A stretch of DNA of 64,000 nt from Opitutaceae bacterium (GTDB taxonomy: Bacteria > Verrucomicrobiota > Verrucomicrobiia > Opitutales > Coraliomargaritaceae), in the NCBI GenBank assembly GCA_051252375.1, contig JBPOFY010000004.1, forward strand, positions 192,001 through 256,000. The letters run 5' to 3'. This document shows positions 11,801 to 23,643 of the stretch, one piece after another (position 1 is the first letter of the stretch; each line of letters opens with the position of its first letter). Position numbers and translations under genes: made by a program. The notes below the pieces were generated by a model that did no database searches, was not told the origin of the DNA, and was given only the letters and a program-made list of their open reading frames with translations.

Positions 11801-13860
11801 TCTATTACGATGTTCAGTTACGACTCAAAGCCAGCGCGCATGGACGCTACAATTCCTACGGATTCAACATTCGCTTTCAGCCCGACCAACTGTTTCGAGA
11901 TGTGCACAACAGCGTCTCAGTAGAACGAGGCGGGATTGATAAACAAATTCTAGCCAAGAACCTCATGAACCGCGCCAGTGGCTACTGGTCCTTTTATGAT
12001 GATGTTGCCTACATAATTACGCCTCTCAATAACGGCAGAGGAGTCGGCATGCTTTCGATGAGCCGGCACACGGAAAGCTTCTGGGACGGTCTCTTTCCTA
12101 ATAGCGACGGCATCGGCACCCTATTCAATCTAGAGCTACACTACGCACCAAATGGAACAACAGGTGGCCCCGAAGACTTAAAAATCGGCAACCCATACCA
12201 CAACACAAATGGACGATACGACCTTGTGGACCGGGGCAGCGACAAAGAGCCCTACCGTTGGGGGTTTCAAATACGCAGCAGCCGCGATAGCGACGACTAC
12301 TCTCAGATCGTCGCACTCAATCAAGCCGTCGGCACACTCAGTGGCAGTGAACTGAAAACCGCCCTCGACGAGCTGATTGATGTCAGCCAATGGATGCGCA
12401 CATTTGCAATGATGTCACTCAATGGCACAGACGATATCTTCAGCCGAATATGGGAACACAACTTCCGTTTCTACGTCCGCCCGACTGATAACAAAATCAT
12501 CGTGCTGCAGTGGGATTTGGATCGAACATTCAGACTCAGCGCAAACGCCTCGGACCCAGTCATTCCAACAACAAATGGCGCAGGCACTCCCGTCGCCGTC
12601 GCCAAGTTATTTGAGATCCCAGAATACAAACGTCTATTCGACGGTCACCTAGACGACTTGATTAAAACTACTTTAAACAGTGATTACACCACATCCATCT
12701 TTCCAGGGCTCCTCGCCGTGGTGGGTTCAGGTAGCAATCAAACAAACTACATCACAAATCGAGCGAACTTCGTGCAGGCCTACCTCCCGAGTCTAGTAAG
12801 CTTTGAGATCACAACAAACAGCGGTGCCGACTTCTCAGAATCCGACAGCGCAGTCGACCTGACAGGCTCGGGTGCTTACGATGTTTTCTCAATCAATGTA
12901 AACGGCATACCAACACCAGTCACGTGGACCGGCGCCGACACTTGGCAGATCACAGTGCCACTAGCCGTCGGTGCAAATGCACTGACAATCGCCGGCATCA
13001 ATCATCACGGAGTCGAAGTGGGCAGCGACACGATAACCGTCACCAATACAAGCGCGGTGGATCTCGCCAACGCCAGCAACACGATCATCAGTGAGCTCCA
13101 CTACCACCCTGCAGACCCAAGCATCGCCGAAGAAAATGCGGGGTATAATGACGAGGAAGACTTTGAGTTTGTCGAGCTGATGAATATCAGCAGCGGCTAT
13201 GTCGACTACACCAATGTAAATTTCACGAATGGAATCACTTTCACGATACCTGCAGGAACCGTTCTAGCACCCGGCGAACGCTTGATCATCGTCCACAATC
13301 AAGCAGCCTTCACCTATCGAAACGGAGCGGTCAGCACGACTATCTTAGGAGACTATAGCGGGACCTTGAGTAACGGTGGCGAGCGCATCCGCCTTGCAGC
13401 GGCAAATGCCACGACCATCGTCGACTTCACTTACTCCGACGACCACCCTTGGCCCGAAAGTTCCGATGGCAATGGCTACAGTCTAGTATTCAAAGGGACC
13501 GATACATCCAACCCACTCGACTGGCGTTCAAGCACAACAGTCAACGGCAATCCGGGAAGCACAGATACGGTAACTTTCATTGGTGGTGACCCGATCAGCT
13601 ACCTCTTAGCCGCACAACCAATTCCCATCCCCGCCCCAGGTTCATTTTTCATTGATGTTGTGACTAACCTCTCCGCAGACGACGCCTCGTTCTATGTTAG
13701 TTTCTCGAAGGATCTAGACAGTTGGACTCCGGCTACACAGATAGACCTTCGCTCACGCACGAATCACGGAGATGGCACCGCCACCTTACGATATGAAACT
13801 CCGATTGCAGTGGGCGACGAAACTTCCTTCTTTGGAAAAGTCATCATCGAAGGACTCTAA
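8806..13860 (+). CDS. Large secreted lamin-tail-domain / CotH kinase-like protein
   Basis: Signal peptide; repeated VVFNEVHYHP / IVINEIFYH / IISELHYHP ... EYIELYN ... GTPG lamin-tail units; CotH-like HNFRFY...LQWDLDRTF. Confidence 0.8.
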   Translation: MVIHSKFRSTTTVAKCLLASAILTCIPSLGIARDSVVVFNEVHYHPENDNTPLEYIELYNQLAVDVDISNWRIDGDIDYNFPEGTVITGRGYLVIAKNPSALASETGFSGALGPYNRDLSNSGDPIYLYNNNLAFNSISGSGSTGVATDNLEGRRIMDELYYLDKYPWPLGPDGSGFSLAKLEPNTGTEDPANWTASTQSNGTPGTVNTFSNLPTIAFNEATSTEAVDFEIELYNYGSSPVDLEDFVIASSNTLQADYTLPDSSLAAGAFLTIDAATLGFTPEDNNRLFLYSEDKDTLIDTIRVDNNPIARSPDGTGDWARPNSLTLGSGNDVSVEDGIVINEIFYHAKPQIESGGTVTTSQQVLNYDSTWRYNLDAGVGGLPTNWAQSNHAVDNVSWAEGAGLLGVEDTNLDEPINTAITLTSQITYYFETEFIYNGTESISEMVINHYIDDGAIFYLNGQEIGRFNMDAGGFTAATVANLGVGNASLQTLTISSPNVLLGSNRLSVEIHQVTSGSSDIVFGASVILRTENTSNYTPYAEREEEWVELYNRSGTAIDLTGWELNGGIGYDFPDTTTIPAGGYLVIAKDATALQAKHPSITILGDYSNRLGNGGDLITLEDPNGNVADEVRYYDSGNWHSKADGGGSSLELRDPDADNSIAGAWAPSDESARNNWQTYTYEAVAIDDGIGVDPLYMFHELQIGLLDSGELLIDDVSVIENSSLEFIQNGDFESDTAGATADKWRAIGTHGSHGKTIVVTDPDDASNQCLHLVSTGPTENKHNKIETTFANIEEVVIGNTYRISFRAKWISGSNQLNAKLYFNYLQKTHVLESAEIWGTPGAANTAAVANAGPDLTNLAHSPVVPDANEAVTVSIDASDPDGISNLTLYYSVGGAAYQSISMTNSNGHYTGIIPGQAASTIVRFYVSGTDTNSAVSHYPAAATEGGAFFKVQDGYADTSALRHNFRIIMSDTDRTFLYLDTNRMSNDRFPVTVIENEETVYYDVQLRLKASAHGRYNSYGFNIRFQPDQLFRDVHNSVSVERGGIDKQILAKNLMNRASGYWSFYDDVAYIITPLNNGRGVGMLSMSRHTESFWDGLFPNSDGIGTLFNLELHYAPNGTTGGPEDLKIGNPYHNTNGRYDLVDRGSDKEPYRWGFQIRSSRDSDDYSQIVALNQAVGTLSGSELKTALDELIDVSQWMRTFAMMSLNGTDDIFSRIWEHNFRFYVRPTDNKIIVLQWDLDRTFRLSANASDPVIPTTNGAGTPVAVAKLFEIPEYKRLFDGHLDDLIKTTLNSDYTTSIFPGLLAVVGSGSNQTNYITNRANFVQAYLPSLVSFEITTNSGADFSESDSAVDLTGSGAYDVFSINVNGIPTPVTWTGADTWQITVPLAVGANALTIAGINHHGVEVGSDTITVTNTSAVDLANASNTIISELHYHPADPSIAEENAGYNDEEDFEFVELMNISSGYVDYTNVNFTNGITFTIPAGTVLAPGERLIIVHNQAAFTYRNGAVSTTILGDYSGTLSNGGERIRLAAANATTIVDFTYSDDHPWPESSDGNGYSLVFKGTDTSNPLDWRSSTTVNGNPGSTDTVTFIGGDPISYLLAAQPIPIPAPGSFFIDVVTNLSADDASFYVSFSKDLDSWTPATQIDLRSRTNHGDGTATLRYETPIAVGDETSFFGKVIIEGL

Positions 13861-13894
13861 TACATAGAGAGCGGCCACGAAACCGATACGGTTC

Positions 13895-15355
13895 TCATCG
13901 ATGGTCCCAAGGTAACTTCACTTCGACATATTCATGATCCCAAACTTCGAAGGGCTCGAAGATTTTTCCGGGATTTAAAATACCCTTAGGGTCGAGCGCG
14001 GTCTTCACTGCTTTCATGGCAGCGATTTCGGCTTTGGTGTGTTGCATCGACATAAAGGGCGCCTTGGCTAGCCCCACACCGTGCTCACCAGTAATGACAC
14101 CACCGAGATCGACGACTTTTTGCATGAGTCTTTTGATGCCTGCTTTGGCTTTCTTCGCGTCGGCTTTACAGCCTCGATTATACATGATGTGGACGTGCAG
14201 ATTGCCATCGCCCGCATGCCCGAAAGTCGGAGTCGCCAGACCGATCTCTTTTTTCAAAGCGATGGTATAGCGAATCAACTCAGCTTGTTTTTCGATCGGC
14301 ACCACGACGTCTTCATTTAGCTTGGTGTCCGCAATCGAGAACATTGATTGCGAACAGGTGCGACGCACTTGCCAGAGTTCCTCTGCGTCAATCTCATTGC
14401 GAGCTTCACGCTGCGCCACCGCTCGCCCATCCATGAAATCCAATAAGAGCTTACGTTGTTCGCGCACTTCACCAACACGACCATCGAGCTCGATCAATAA
14501 AATCGAAGCACGCGGCTGCCCTTCAAAAACGGCTTTTCCTGTGTATTTTTCAGCACAACCAACGGACTGCCGATCTAGGAACTCCAAAATAGAAGGATTC
14601 ACGCCTGCTTTAAATAAACCCACCACTGCCTTCAGCGCGGCGGCTTCTGACTTAAATGCAAACATCCCGGTCCAACGCTTTGCCGGCTTGGGGATGAGTT
14701 TCAAATGTATCGTCGTGATGATACCCAAAGTGCCCTCCGAGCCGATGAGCAGGTCACGTAAGTTCAAGCCGGAAACATACTTCTTTAGCGGCAGGCCAAA
14801 TTTGAAAGGTTCGCCATCGGCAAGAAAGCCTTCGAGCCCGAGCACGTAATCACGCGTCACCCCGTATTTCACACAGCGCATGCCGCCGGCATTACAACTC
14901 ACGTTACCGCCGAGCGTAGAATATTTCTTCGAGGAAGGATCGGGCGGGAAAAATAGACCCACGGCTTCGACGGCAGACTGAAACTCCGCCGTGACCACGC
15001 CCGCTCCGACCGTGGCGATACGACCGACGGCATCGATCTGCACATCCTTCAATCCAGAAAGATCAAGCGCCCATCCGCCATGCAGTGGCACGGCTGATCC
15101 TGTGGCCGAAGAACCCGCACCACGAGCAGTCACCGGGATCGAATACTTATGCGCCAGCTTCATGACGACTCCTACATCGGCGGTCTCTTTCACTCGGATT
15201 ACGAGATCAGGCAAAAAAGACAGACGCAAATTATCCAATGAAGCACGAAAACGACTGTCATCATCGACCAAAACACGCCCAGACAATTTACGCATAAGTG
15301 CGCGCGATGCTTTCAGTTTGTTCTCCGAGTGTTTCGTGGGTGCTGCCTGTTTCAT
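13895..15355 (-). CDS. FAD-linked oxidase, GlcD/D-2-hydroxyacid dehydrogenase family
   Basis: RGAGSS, FFPPDPSS, TLGGNVSCNAGG, KYGVTRDYV, GSEGTLG, FGHAGDGNLH, TGEHGVG. Confidence 0.88.
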   Translation of the reverse strand: MKQAAPTKHSENKLKASRALMRKLSGRVLVDDDSRFRASLDNLRLSFLPDLVIRVKETADVGVVMKLAHKYSIPVTARGAGSSATGSAVPLHGGWALDLSGLKDVQIDAVGRIATVGAGVVTAEFQSAVEAVGLFFPPDPSSKKYSTLGGNVSCNAGGMRCVKYGVTRDYVLGLEGFLADGEPFKFGLPLKKYVSGLNLRDLLIGSEGTLGIITTIHLKLIPKPAKRWTGMFAFKSEAAALKAVVGLFKAGVNPSILEFLDRQSVGCAEKYTGKAVFEGQPRASILLIELDGRVGEVREQRKLLLDFMDGRAVAQREARNEIDAEELWQVRRTCSQSMFSIADTKLNEDVVVPIEKQAELIRYTIALKKEIGLATPTFGHAGDGNLHVHIMYNRGCKADAKKAKAGIKRLMQKVVDLGGVITGEHGVGLAKAPFMSMQHTKAEIAAMKAVKTALDPKGILNPGKIFEPFEVWDHEYVEVKLPWDHR

Positions 15356-15461
15356 AATTCTAAGTCATACCTACCGAATGAATCGGAGAATGGAAAAGAA
15401 AAAGACCACGAATCTCGCGGTCTCGAATGAGGCGTCAGCCATCTATGCGGATAACCTTACT

Positions 15462-16613
15462 TTATACAGCTCGAATCGCCAACAAATCCGTATCCAACTC
15501 AACTGTAAATCGAGCGCCAATGCGATCTTGACGATTTTCAGCAAATACTCGGCCTTTGTGCGACTCGGCGATCTTCTTGCAAATAGATAGCCCGAGCCCA
15601 GTGCTGGTCTCATTACCGGTCGGCTGCACAGAGGTTTTGCCGAAATCGGTAAAGAGTTTGTGCATTTCATTTTCCGGGATACCAGGACCTTCATCTTCGA
15701 CCTTAATGAGAAGCTTCATATTACTGTTAACGAGAATGACGCGAATGCTTGAACCTAGAGGTGAATATTTCACCGCATTACTCAACAGATTGTCGATAAG
15801 GCGGCGAAATTGCATTTTATCAAGCATCAGGAGCTCAGGAATACCGCCTTCGTCTTCCAACGCCAACTTGATCTCTTTTTTATTCGCAGTGAACTGATAA
15901 ATATTCAGTGAGGACGAAATGAGCTCGTAAATTGGACAAGGCTGCATCTCAGAACGCTCTTCACCGCTTTCAATCACAGATAAATCAAGCAGTTCGTCGA
16001 CCAAGTGCAGCATCGAGTCGGATGTCGACTGAATGGTGCTGGCGATTTCCTTTTGCTCTGGATTAAGCGGACCGATCTCGGCTAAAAACTCAGATAAACC
16101 GCGAATCGATGCGATTGGATTACGCAAATCATGCGATGCGACACCGATAATCCGGTTCTTCGCAAGATTGGCCTGCTTGAGACCGGCGATAAATTCACGC
16201 TGAAAACGCATCAGTTCACGCATTTTCAAATGGTTGCGAATGCGCGCCAAGGCTTCGTGGCGGTTGATTGGCTTGGTAATGTAATCACTGCCGCCAGCAT
16301 CCAATCCTTCTACAATCGATCCGGTGTCGGAGCGACCAGTCACGAAAACGATCGGCACTTCGTCCATCCCCTTCATGCTTTTGGCCTTACGACAGGTGAT
16401 AAATCCATCAATTCCGTCCATCACCACATCAAGCAGTATAAGGTCCGGCGCATGGGCATGAATACAATCGATCGCAGCTTCACCAGAGGCAGCCTCGTCT
16501 ACTGTGAAACCACTGCGCTCGAGCACACGACGAAGAAGCTTACGAATGATCTCGTCGTCATCGACGACAAGTATTCTTGCGCCTTCAATATTTACTTCTT
16601 CAGTTTCTGACAC
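15462..16613 (-). CDS. Hybrid receiver-histidine kinase (REC-HisKA-HATPase)
   Basis: LVVDDD...LLDVVM...TKP receiver; SHDLRNP H-box; NLLSNAVKYS, DEGPGI, GTGLGL-like STGLGL boxes. Confidence 0.9.
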   Translation of the reverse strand: MSETEEVNIEGARILVVDDDEIIRKLLRRVLERSGFTVDEAASGEAAIDCIHAHAPDLILLDVVMDGIDGFITCRKAKSMKGMDEVPIVFVTGRSDTGSIVEGLDAGGSDYITKPINRHEALARIRNHLKMRELMRFQREFIAGLKQANLAKNRIIGVASHDLRNPIASIRGLSEFLAEIGPLNPEQKEIASTIQSTSDSMLHLVDELLDLSVIESGEERSEMQPCPIYELISSSLNIYQFTANKKEIKLALEDEGGIPELLMLDKMQFRRLIDNLLSNAVKYSPLGSSIRVILVNSNMKLLIKVEDEGPGIPENEMHKLFTDFGKTSVQPTGNETSTGLGLSICKKIAESHKGRVFAENRQDRIGARFTVELDTDLLAIRAV

Positions 16614-16754
16614 GGTAGGAAAATTGGCTAATTCACGAAAGCCATAGTAAAAGCGATATTAATCCAAGATGTCAACAAATGCCGCAACGATCTATCAGAC
16701 GTTTGGTGTATTTAACATTGCACCCGATGCCGCGAATAGCATTTTCTACCCGCT

Positions 16755-17858
16755 ATGCTTCAAGCTGGTATCGTAGGTCTCCCCAATGTGGGCAAAAGCA
16801 CACTCTTCAACGCTCTCACGCGCACGCGTAAGGCCGAGGCTGCAAACTATCCGTTTTGCACGATCGACCCGAACGTGGGCGTCGTTCAGGTACCGGACCG
16901 CCGTCTGGAACCGCTAAGAGAGATTTCGAAGACCAATAAGGTCATCCCTGCCGCGATCGAGTTTGTCGATATCGCCGGTTTGGTCGAAGGCGCGAGTAAG
17001 GGCGAAGGCTTGGGCAACAAATTCCTAGCCAACATCCGCGAAGTCGATGCCATCGTGCATGTCGTGCGCTGTTTCGATGATGACGACATCATCCACAATA
17101 TGGGTTCGATCGACCCGATTCGCGATATCGAGGTCATCAATACTGAGCTTATCCTTGCCGACATCACCTCGATTGAGAGCCAAAAAGAGAAGCTCGTGAA
17201 AAAAGCCCGCAGCGGCGACAAGGAGGCTGCTGAGAACATCGCATTGATCGATCGCCTCGTGCCGCACCTCGACGCAACCAAGCCCGCCATTACGCTCGAC
17301 ATGAGTGATGACGAGTTGATCGCGCTCAAACGCCTCTGCCTCCTTTCTGCTAAGCGCGTGCTCTACGCCTGCAACGTCGCGGAAAGCGATCTCGCTGACA
17401 CCTCGGGCAATGCCTACGTCGCCCAAGTCGAAAAATACGCACAAGAGCACCACGGAGCCGGCACCTGTATCATTTCTGCTGCAGTGGAAGCCGAGCTAAT
17501 CGATTTCGACGAAGCCGAATCTGCCGAATACCTCGAATCGCTCGGGGTGAAGGACTCCGGCGTCTCGCTGCTCATCCGTGCGACATACGATTTACTTGGT
17601 TTGGCCTCCTACTTCACCGCCGGTGTGCAGGAAGTGCGCGCATGGACTTTCAAGAAGGGCATGAAAGCTCCCGAATGTGCGGGTGTCATCCACACCGACT
17701 TTGAGCATGGATTCATTAAAGCCGAAGTCGTCGCCTACGAAGATCTCATCGCCGCAGGCTGTGTCGCGAAGGCTCGCGATGCTGGCAAATACCGCCTAGA
17801 AGGCAAAGAATACCTTTTTAAAGACGGCGATGTGGCGCTTTTCCGGTTCAACAACTAA
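16755..17858 (+). CDS. ychF: Redox-regulated ATPase YchF
   Basis: [37 protein letters not shown]. Confidence 0.97.
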   Translation: MLQAGIVGLPNVGKSTLFNALTRTRKAEAANYPFCTIDPNVGVVQVPDRRLEPLREISKTNKVIPAAIEFVDIAGLVEGASKGEGLGNKFLANIREVDAIVHVVRCFDDDDIIHNMGSIDPIRDIEVINTELILADITSIESQKEKLVKKARSGDKEAAENIALIDRLVPHLDATKPAITLDMSDDELIALKRLCLLSAKRVLYACNVAESDLADTSGNAYVAQVEKYAQEHHGAGTCIISAAVEAELIDFDEAESAEYLESLGVKDSGVSLLIRATYDLLGLASYFTAGVQEVRAWTFKKGMKAPECAGVIHTDFEHGFIKAEVVAYEDLIAAGCVAKARDAGKYRLEGKEYLFKDGDVALFRFNN

Positions 17859-17936
17859 TCGCAGCCGGCAGTTGACGTAATAGAGAACCCGATAGAGTTG
17901 ACCTCGTCCCATTCTATTATCTAGTCACTCACACAT

Positions 17937-18569
17937 ATGGCCACTTTTTCAGACATCTCTACGCTTTGCTGCTTCGTCGGCGCCACATTGATGATCACTG
18001 GCTGTGATAAAGCAGAACCAGTAACCTACCAAATACCCAAAGAAGCGCGCGAAGTCAGCATGCCCGCACCTGCCACACAGGCACCTGCGACTGCCTCAGC
18101 ACCCAGCGGCATGAACGTGCTGCCTGGGATGCAACAAGCAGCCGACTCTGCAGGAGGCGTGAGCTACAAGGTGCCGGAGGGTTGGACAGAGCTGCCAGCC
18201 AGTGGCCTACGCAAAGCAAACCTACGCGTCAGCGACGAAAATGGTAGCGCCGAGCTAACCGTGACCGTGTTTCCGGGGGATGTCGGCGGCAACCTAGCCA
18301 ATATTAATCGCTGGCGCGGACAAGTCGGGCTGGAAGCCATCACCTCCGAGGAGCTTACCACCTTTACCGAGTCATACACCATTTCACAACACGGCGGGCT
18401 CTACACTCGCATCGAAGGCGGCACCGACAGCATACTTGGCGGCCTACTCCCTTTCCACGGAAACACATGGTTCTTTAAACTGCAGGGCAACAGTGCCACT
18501 GTGCTCGCAGCCGAAGCGTCATATAAAGCATTCTTAGATTCTGTCGCCCTGCAAGACGCACACCACTAG
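17937..18569 (+). CDS. Hypothetical lipoprotein in the cytochrome c biogenesis operon
   Basis: Lipobox-like MITGC; ANINRWRGQVGL and WFFKL motifs; 3 bp before resB. Confidence 0.7.
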   Translation: MATFSDISTLCCFVGATLMITGCDKAEPVTYQIPKEAREVSMPAPATQAPATASAPSGMNVLPGMQQAADSAGGVSYKVPEGWTELPASGLRKANLRVSDENGSAELTVTVFPGDVGGNLANINRWRGQVGLEAITSEELTTFTESYTISQHGGLYTRIEGGTDSILGGLLPFHGNTWFFKLQGNSATVLAAEASYKAFLDSVALQDAHH

Positions 18570-18572
18570 CCG

Positions 18573-19745
18573 ATGAACGGTCCATTCAAATTTTTCAGCT
18601 CTCTAAAGCTGACCGTCGTTCTACTCGCGTTTTCGATGATGCTGATTTTTTTCGGCACTCTCGATCAAGTGCAATACGGCATCTGGCACACACAAAAGCT
18701 CTACTTTGAAAGCTTCTTCGTAATTTGGTCCTACCCGGAGCAAGCAGCCAACTACGACAGTCTCTTCTGGTTACACATCCCCATGCCCGGCGGCTACCTG
18801 CTGGGCGGGATGTTATTCATCAACCTCATTGCGGCACATATCACCCGCTTTAAGATGTCATGGAAGAAAAGCGGTATCTTCCTCGTCCACCTCGGTCTAA
18901 TTCTTTTACTAGTGAGTGAGCTGATGACCGACCTCGTCTCCGAGGAGAGCCAAATGCCAGTCGATGAGGGTGGCCGCAGCAACTACTCTCAAGGGTATCG
19001 CGACAACGAACTCGTTTTTATCGACCGCAGCCATCCTGAGCACGATACGGTGCACGCGATCCCCTCAGAATTGCTCAAGCCTGGCAGCACGGTCAAAGTG
19101 CCCGACTCCCCATTGAGTATTCGCACGATCAACTACTACCCCAACGCCGAGATCGGTCGCTCGCAAGCGGGTCCGGTCGATTCACCCGCCGACCAAGGTG
19201 TCGCAGTAAAAATGGGCATCGTGGTCAATCCTAAGGAGGAAACCTACGCCGAAAACACAATTAACACCGCGACCGCTTTCATTGAGGTGCTCGGACCAGA
19301 AGGTCCTATCGGCACATGGCTCGTCTCCAATGTCATCGACGACCGCTTTCCGCCACAAATGGTCCGCGTAGGCGAACAGTCTTGGGAAATCGCCATCCGT
19401 TTTACCCGCCACTACTATCCTTTCGAAGTGGAGTTGATCGACTTCAAGCACGACAAATACCCAGGCACCGAGATCCCGTTCAATTACTCCAGCGAAGTAA
19501 TGGTCTACCACAATGATAGCACCAAAAACCAAAAGGCGCTCATTTACATGAACCACCCGCTACGCTACGAAGGTCTGACCTTCTACCAAGCCTCTTTCGC
19601 GAACCAGGATACTACCTCCATTTTCCAAGTCGTGCGCAATCCTGGTTGGGTGCTCCCTTATGTCAGTGTCCTCCTCATGGGTCTCGGCATGTGTGTTCAG
19701 TTCGGCATCCACTTCGTCAAGTTCCTCGGTAAACAAAGGGCTTAA
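18573..19745 (+). CDS. resB: Cytochrome c biogenesis protein ResB/Ccs1
   Basis: FFSSLKLTVVLL N-terminus, GIFLVHLGL, IYMNHPLRYEGLTFYQASF, VRNPG. Confidence 0.85.
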   Translation: MNGPFKFFSSLKLTVVLLAFSMMLIFFGTLDQVQYGIWHTQKLYFESFFVIWSYPEQAANYDSLFWLHIPMPGGYLLGGMLFINLIAAHITRFKMSWKKSGIFLVHLGLILLLVSELMTDLVSEESQMPVDEGGRSNYSQGYRDNELVFIDRSHPEHDTVHAIPSELLKPGSTVKVPDSPLSIRTINYYPNAEIGRSQAGPVDSPADQGVAVKMGIVVNPKEETYAENTINTATAFIEVLGPEGPIGTWLVSNVIDDRFPPQMVRVGEQSWEIAIRFTRHYYPFEVELIDFKHDKYPGTEIPFNYSSEVMVYHNDSTKNQKALIYMNHPLRYEGLTFYQASFANQDTTSIFQVVRNPGWVLPYVSVLLMGLGMCVQFGIHFVKFLGKQRA

Positions 19746-19751
19746 CTACCT

Positions 19752-21668
<1,917 letters not shown>

Positions 21669-21741
21669 GGCATAAAAAAGGTTATCGTCGATGCCGGGAA
21701 GGCCCTCATACCATCGAGGCTTAGAGAGCGAATGTAAGCCT

Positions 21742-21839
21742 TTGGAGGGAAACGCTCCGTCGTTTCCACACGTATGATTTGTGGCCTAGTTGTTTCGAAC
21801 ACCCCTTACGAACGGCAATGACAGAGCATTGCCCTCCAA
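21742..21839. repeat. REP-like inverted pair, family C (GGAG-type)
   Basis: Left TTGGAGGGAAACGCTCCGTCGTTTCC; right arm reverse-complemented TTGGAGGGCAATGCTCTGTCATTGCC; differences keep the internal stems paired. Confidence 0.75.
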
Positions 21840-21867
21840 GTCTTACCCACTATTTAACGTAGCACCC

Positions 21868-21899
21868 AAAAAAGCCCGTCGGAAACCGACGGGCTTTTT
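21868..21899. terminator. Bidirectional intrinsic terminator between ccsA and the PEP-CTERM gene
   Basis: AAAAAAGCCCGTCGG-AAA-CCGACGGGCTTTTT. Confidence 0.85.
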
Positions 21900-21921
21900 G
21901 TTGAAAGTATATTTTGAAGAT

Positions 21922-22848
21922 CTATCGGCGACGGCGAACTGCCGCGAAGCCCATTACGAAAAATCCAAAGAGAAGCGCATAGGTGGCTGGCTCCGGGACA
22001 GGGGACGTTCCGTCTGCCGTATAAGTGGATGATGAGATGCCTAAGTCTGACCAAGTTTCGGTATCATCAAAGACCTTAGGGACACCACCAAAGTCTTGGT
22101 TGAAATTACTTCCATTCGTCGAAGTGGTGACCACAAATGACATTTCCGTTGAGGCGGTGATATCGGGATTTCCAGAATTACCAGTCATACCAAGATAAAC
22201 CGCATTTAAAACGCTCATCTCAACCTGAAAACTGACAAAGTAGTCTTGGCCATCGCCGTTGATATCGTTGGTGCTACCAGGCAGGCTATTAAACAAAGCA
22301 CTGTCGTTTGTGCTACTGACACCTGTCAATTGACCGTAAGTCGAAAAATCCAAGTCGCTGCCTTGCTTGTAAACAAACTCACTGGAGAAACTACTTGTTG
22401 CTGGCGAGATATTCAGACCTGCGCCGGGATTATAGAAAGTAATATTATCCTGATTGGAGTTATTGTTACCGAAATCAAACCCGATATAAAAATCAATATC
22501 GGTATCAGTTCCAGTGGCGGGACCATCTGAAATAATATCTACACCGATATATAAATGAGCCTTACCGTCGTTGCCTACACGAACACGAAACGCCAGAAAA
22601 TCGCCTGCATTACCAGCGGCACCACCTGTCTCATATTGCTTATAAAAGCCCAATTGATTGCCGCCAATTTCGTCACCTACAATATCGCCTGCTGATGATT
22701 GCGCTTGTTCATCGTCCAAGAAGTCGGACCGCCCTCCAAGCTCAATTGCCGTCCAGTCATCAGTGGGTCCATTCAACGCAATGACACCCCAAGCAGATGA
22801 GGTGATTAACAAAGAAAATAATAGTGGTAGTAAATTCCTGGTGGTCAT
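21922..22848 (-). CDS. PEP-CTERM sorting domain surface protein
   Basis: Signal peptide, Asp/Ser/Gly-rich body, C-terminal VPEPATYALLFG-TM-RRRR. Confidence 0.93.
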   Translation of the reverse strand: MTTRNLLPLLFSLLITSSAWGVIALNGPTDDWTAIELGGRSDFLDDEQAQSSAGDIVGDEIGGNQLGFYKQYETGGAAGNAGDFLAFRVRVGNDGKAHLYIGVDIISDGPATGTDTDIDFYIGFDFGNNNSNQDNITFYNPGAGLNISPATSSFSSEFVYKQGSDLDFSTYGQLTGVSSTNDSALFNSLPGSTNDINGDGQDYFVSFQVEMSVLNAVYLGMTGNSGNPDITASTEMSFVVTTSTNGSNFNQDFGGVPKVFDDTETWSDLGISSSTYTADGTSPVPEPATYALLFGFFVMGFAAVRRRR

Positions 22849-23079
22849 AGAGCGTTGACCCTACGACTCATACGACAAGAATCAAGTCCTTTTACGTAAA
22901 TAAAAGACACTGCAGAGCACACAGAGCCCAAGCATTAACGCATACTTACTCGGCTCTGGCACAGGGACTTAAGACTCTGGAAGATAGGGATCCGAAAGCC
23001 CTAGCCCAGGATCAGGTCCCACATCTGGCACGCCTCCTGAGCCTGCTTCGTGACCATCGAGACTTCCTCGGGTTCCCAC

Positions 23080-23628
23080 TTATTTTTTGAAAAAATGTAA
23101 CGTATCTCCGCACTGAACTCGACCTGATTGGCGAATTCTAGCAAATAAGCCGCGTAAACGTAGTCCAACATTGGTCGGGGCGCGAACCGCCTGAAAAGCC
23201 TCGGCACCGAAACGTTGCGCAAACTTGCCACAGGCATCGTTGACCACGTCGCTGACTTCGATCACGGCCTCGCCAATTTGCAGAAGCGTGCCGACCGGGA
23301 GATGAGTCTCGGTTAGATTTAGATCCGTGTAGATGTTATCGCCGCAGCGAAAGACCGCATCCGCCTCAGTGCCAGTGAAGCATTGCATCACACGAGTATT
23401 GGTCAGGCTGACTTGAACCCGTGGATCGGGCGCGCCATCCGGCAGCCGCAACCAGGCGGTCTCCTTCCAGCGGTCGCCCTCAATGCCATTTTCGACATCC
23501 AGATAAAGCGAGTCCACCAGCTCGTGGACACCTTCAGACGGGCGGTTGATCAAATAGTCGACTCTTCCCGACCCCACTGGAGCAGTGTGCGCCAATTGAA
23601 TCGCCGTATCATAGTTTCGCGTATTCAT
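23080..23628 (-). CDS. MOSC domain protein
   Basis: GIEGDRW, GDNIYTD, GTLLQIGEAVIEVS, DACGKF, RGLFARIRQSGRVQCGD. Confidence 0.85.
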   Translation of the reverse strand: MNTRNYDTAIQLAHTAPVGSGRVDYLINRPSEGVHELVDSLYLDVENGIEGDRWKETAWLRLPDGAPDPRVQVSLTNTRVMQCFTGTEADAVFRCGDNIYTDLNLTETHLPVGTLLQIGEAVIEVSDVVNDACGKFAQRFGAEAFQAVRAPTNVGLRLRGLFARIRQSGRVQCGDTLHFFKK

Positions 23629-23643
23629 GCCCAAATAATCGAA

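Noticed and set aside
22955..23040. tRNA-like start (GGAGGCGTGCCAGA on the minus strand) and sigma-54-like TGGCAC sites
   Set aside because: No matching acceptor stem or T-loop; no TTGC at the -12 position
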